DNA of 64,000 nucleotides from an uncultured Chloroflexia bacterium (GTDB taxonomy: Bacteria; Chloroflexota; Limnocylindria; Limnocylindrales; CSP1-4): positions 1,536,001 to 1,600,000 of the forward strand of contig OY970218.1 in NCBI GenBank assembly GCA_963713975.1, in the 5' to 3' direction. Below, piece by piece: positions 62,953 to 64,000 of this stretch. Under the pieces are notes generated by a model, which worked only from the letters and a program-made list of their open reading frames with translations, was not told the origin of the DNA and did not search any database. The position numbers and the translations under genes are program-made. The stretch's first letter is position 1. Each line of letters begins with the position of its first letter.

Positions 62953-64000
62953 ATGCGTATCGAGGACTTCGGCGTCGAGATCTGGATGAACCGCTGGGAG
63001 ACCAGCTGCCGCTACAACCTGGCCGAGACCTGCGTGGACTCGGTCACGGTGGAGGAGCTGCTCGAGCTTGCCGGCATGGACCCGGACTCCCTGGTCGACG
63101 AGCTGCTGCCGATGCGGCTCTCATATGGCGAGATTGCGGGATCCGAGCGACTCCGCACGGCGATCGCCTGCCTGTACGACTCCGCCCAGGCCGACGACGT
63201 CCTGGTGACCCACGGCGCCATCGGGGCCAACTCGCTCGTGTACCAGGCGCTGATCGAGCCGGGCGACGTGGTGGTATCCATCGTCCCCACCTACCAGCAG
63301 CACACGGCGATCCCCCGGAGCCTGGGCGCGGAGGTCCGCACGCTCGCGCTCCGCGAGGAGGATGGCTGGCTCCCGGACACGGACGAGCTGCGCCGCCTTG
63401 TTGCGGGCGACGCCAAGGTGATCGCGCTCGTCAATCCCAACAACCCGACGGGCTCGCTGCTGGATGGGGGGCGCATCACGGAGATCGTCGCGATCGCACG
63501 CGATGCCGGCGCCTGGATCCTCGCCGACGAGGTCTACCGGGGCACGGACCAGGTGGGCGACGGCACCTCACCCTCGTTCGTGGAACGCTACGACCGCGCG
63601 ATCGGGATCGGGAGCATGTCCAAGGCGTTCTCGGCGGCGGGCCTGCGCCTGGGCTGGGTCGTGGCGCCCGCCGAGGTCCTGGGCGCCGTGAGTCGCCACC
63701 GCGACTACTCCGTGATCAGCGTGAGCATGGTGGACGATCTCCTCGCCGCCATCGCGCTGGAGGGCGAGGACGAGCTGCTAGCGCGAAGCCGGAGGATCGT
63801 CCGCGAGAACCTGGCCATCCTGGACGATTGGGTCGCCGGCGAGGCTCGGATCGACTACGTGAAGCCGCGGTCGGGGACCACCGCCCTGCTCCGGTACGCG
63901 GCGGCCATCCCCTCCGAAGACCTGTGCACCCGCCTGCTCGAGGCCGAGGGCGTGATGCTCACGCCGGGCAGCGCCATGGGCATGGAGGGCTACCTCCGCA
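62953..64000 (+). CDS. Class I/II PLP-dependent aminotransferase, 3'-truncated by window edge
   Basis: Absent from ORF track (no stop in window); MRIEDFGVEIWMN, NPNNPTG, ADEVY, SMSK..GLRLGW. Confidence 0.9.
   Translation, partial: MRIEDFGVEIWMNRWETSCRYNLAETCVDSVTVEELLELAGMDPDSLVDELLPMRLSYGEIAGSERLRTAIACLYDSAQADDVLVTHGAIGANSLVYQALIEPGDVVVSIVPTYQQHTAIPRSLGAEVRTLALREEDGWLPDTDELRRLVAGDAKVIALVNPNNPTGSLLDGGRITEIVAIARDAGAWILADEVYRGTDQVGDGTSPSFVERYDRAIGIGSMSKAFSAAGLRLGWVVAPAEVLGAVSRHRDYSVISVSMVDDLLAAIALEGEDELLARSRRIVRENLAILDDWVAGEARIDYVKPRSGTTALLRYAAAIPSEDLCTRLLEAEGVMLTPGSAMGMEGYLR

Overview
High-GC bacterial chromosome segment. Gene content, lipoprotein signals and many leaderless promoters suggest a monoderm such as Chloroflexota (Limnocylindria-like) or Actinomycetota; this is inference only. 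1-23 kb is an accessory catabolic island: sugar ABC transporter, two SDRs, MetX-like hydrolase, AhpD/CMD protein, mutarotase-like protein plus a decayed duplicate of its 3' end, FAH, D-2-hydroxyacid dehydrogenase, 2-oxoacid dehydrogenase E2/E1a/E1b without E3, FCD-GntR regulator, enolase-superfamily dehydratase, lactonase, acetoacetate-decarboxylase-like protein, FMN hydroxy-acid oxidase, GlcDEF-like genes and DmpFG. 23.5-45.6 kb and 51.5-64 kb are mostly housekeeping and signalling genes: ATPase-DUF234, PAS adenylate cyclase, an internally deleted GH63-like lipoprotein, Kv channel, two-component pair, an unusual GrpB-PurK fusion with purE, Nudix, CPA2 antiporter, ppgK, GGDEF-EAL, LolA-like protein, fumC, thiolase, IscA, Lon-N, TetR, gltBD and an aminotransferase. 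45.7-51.5 kb is a tightly coupled operon (HutC-GntR, BtpA/SgcQ, ureidoglycolate-lyase-like cupin, PfkB kinase, amino-acid ABC transporter) and is the best candidate for an undescribed pathway. No rRNA, tRNA, CRISPR array or transposase was recognised. All product calls come from reading motifs by eye, not database searches.
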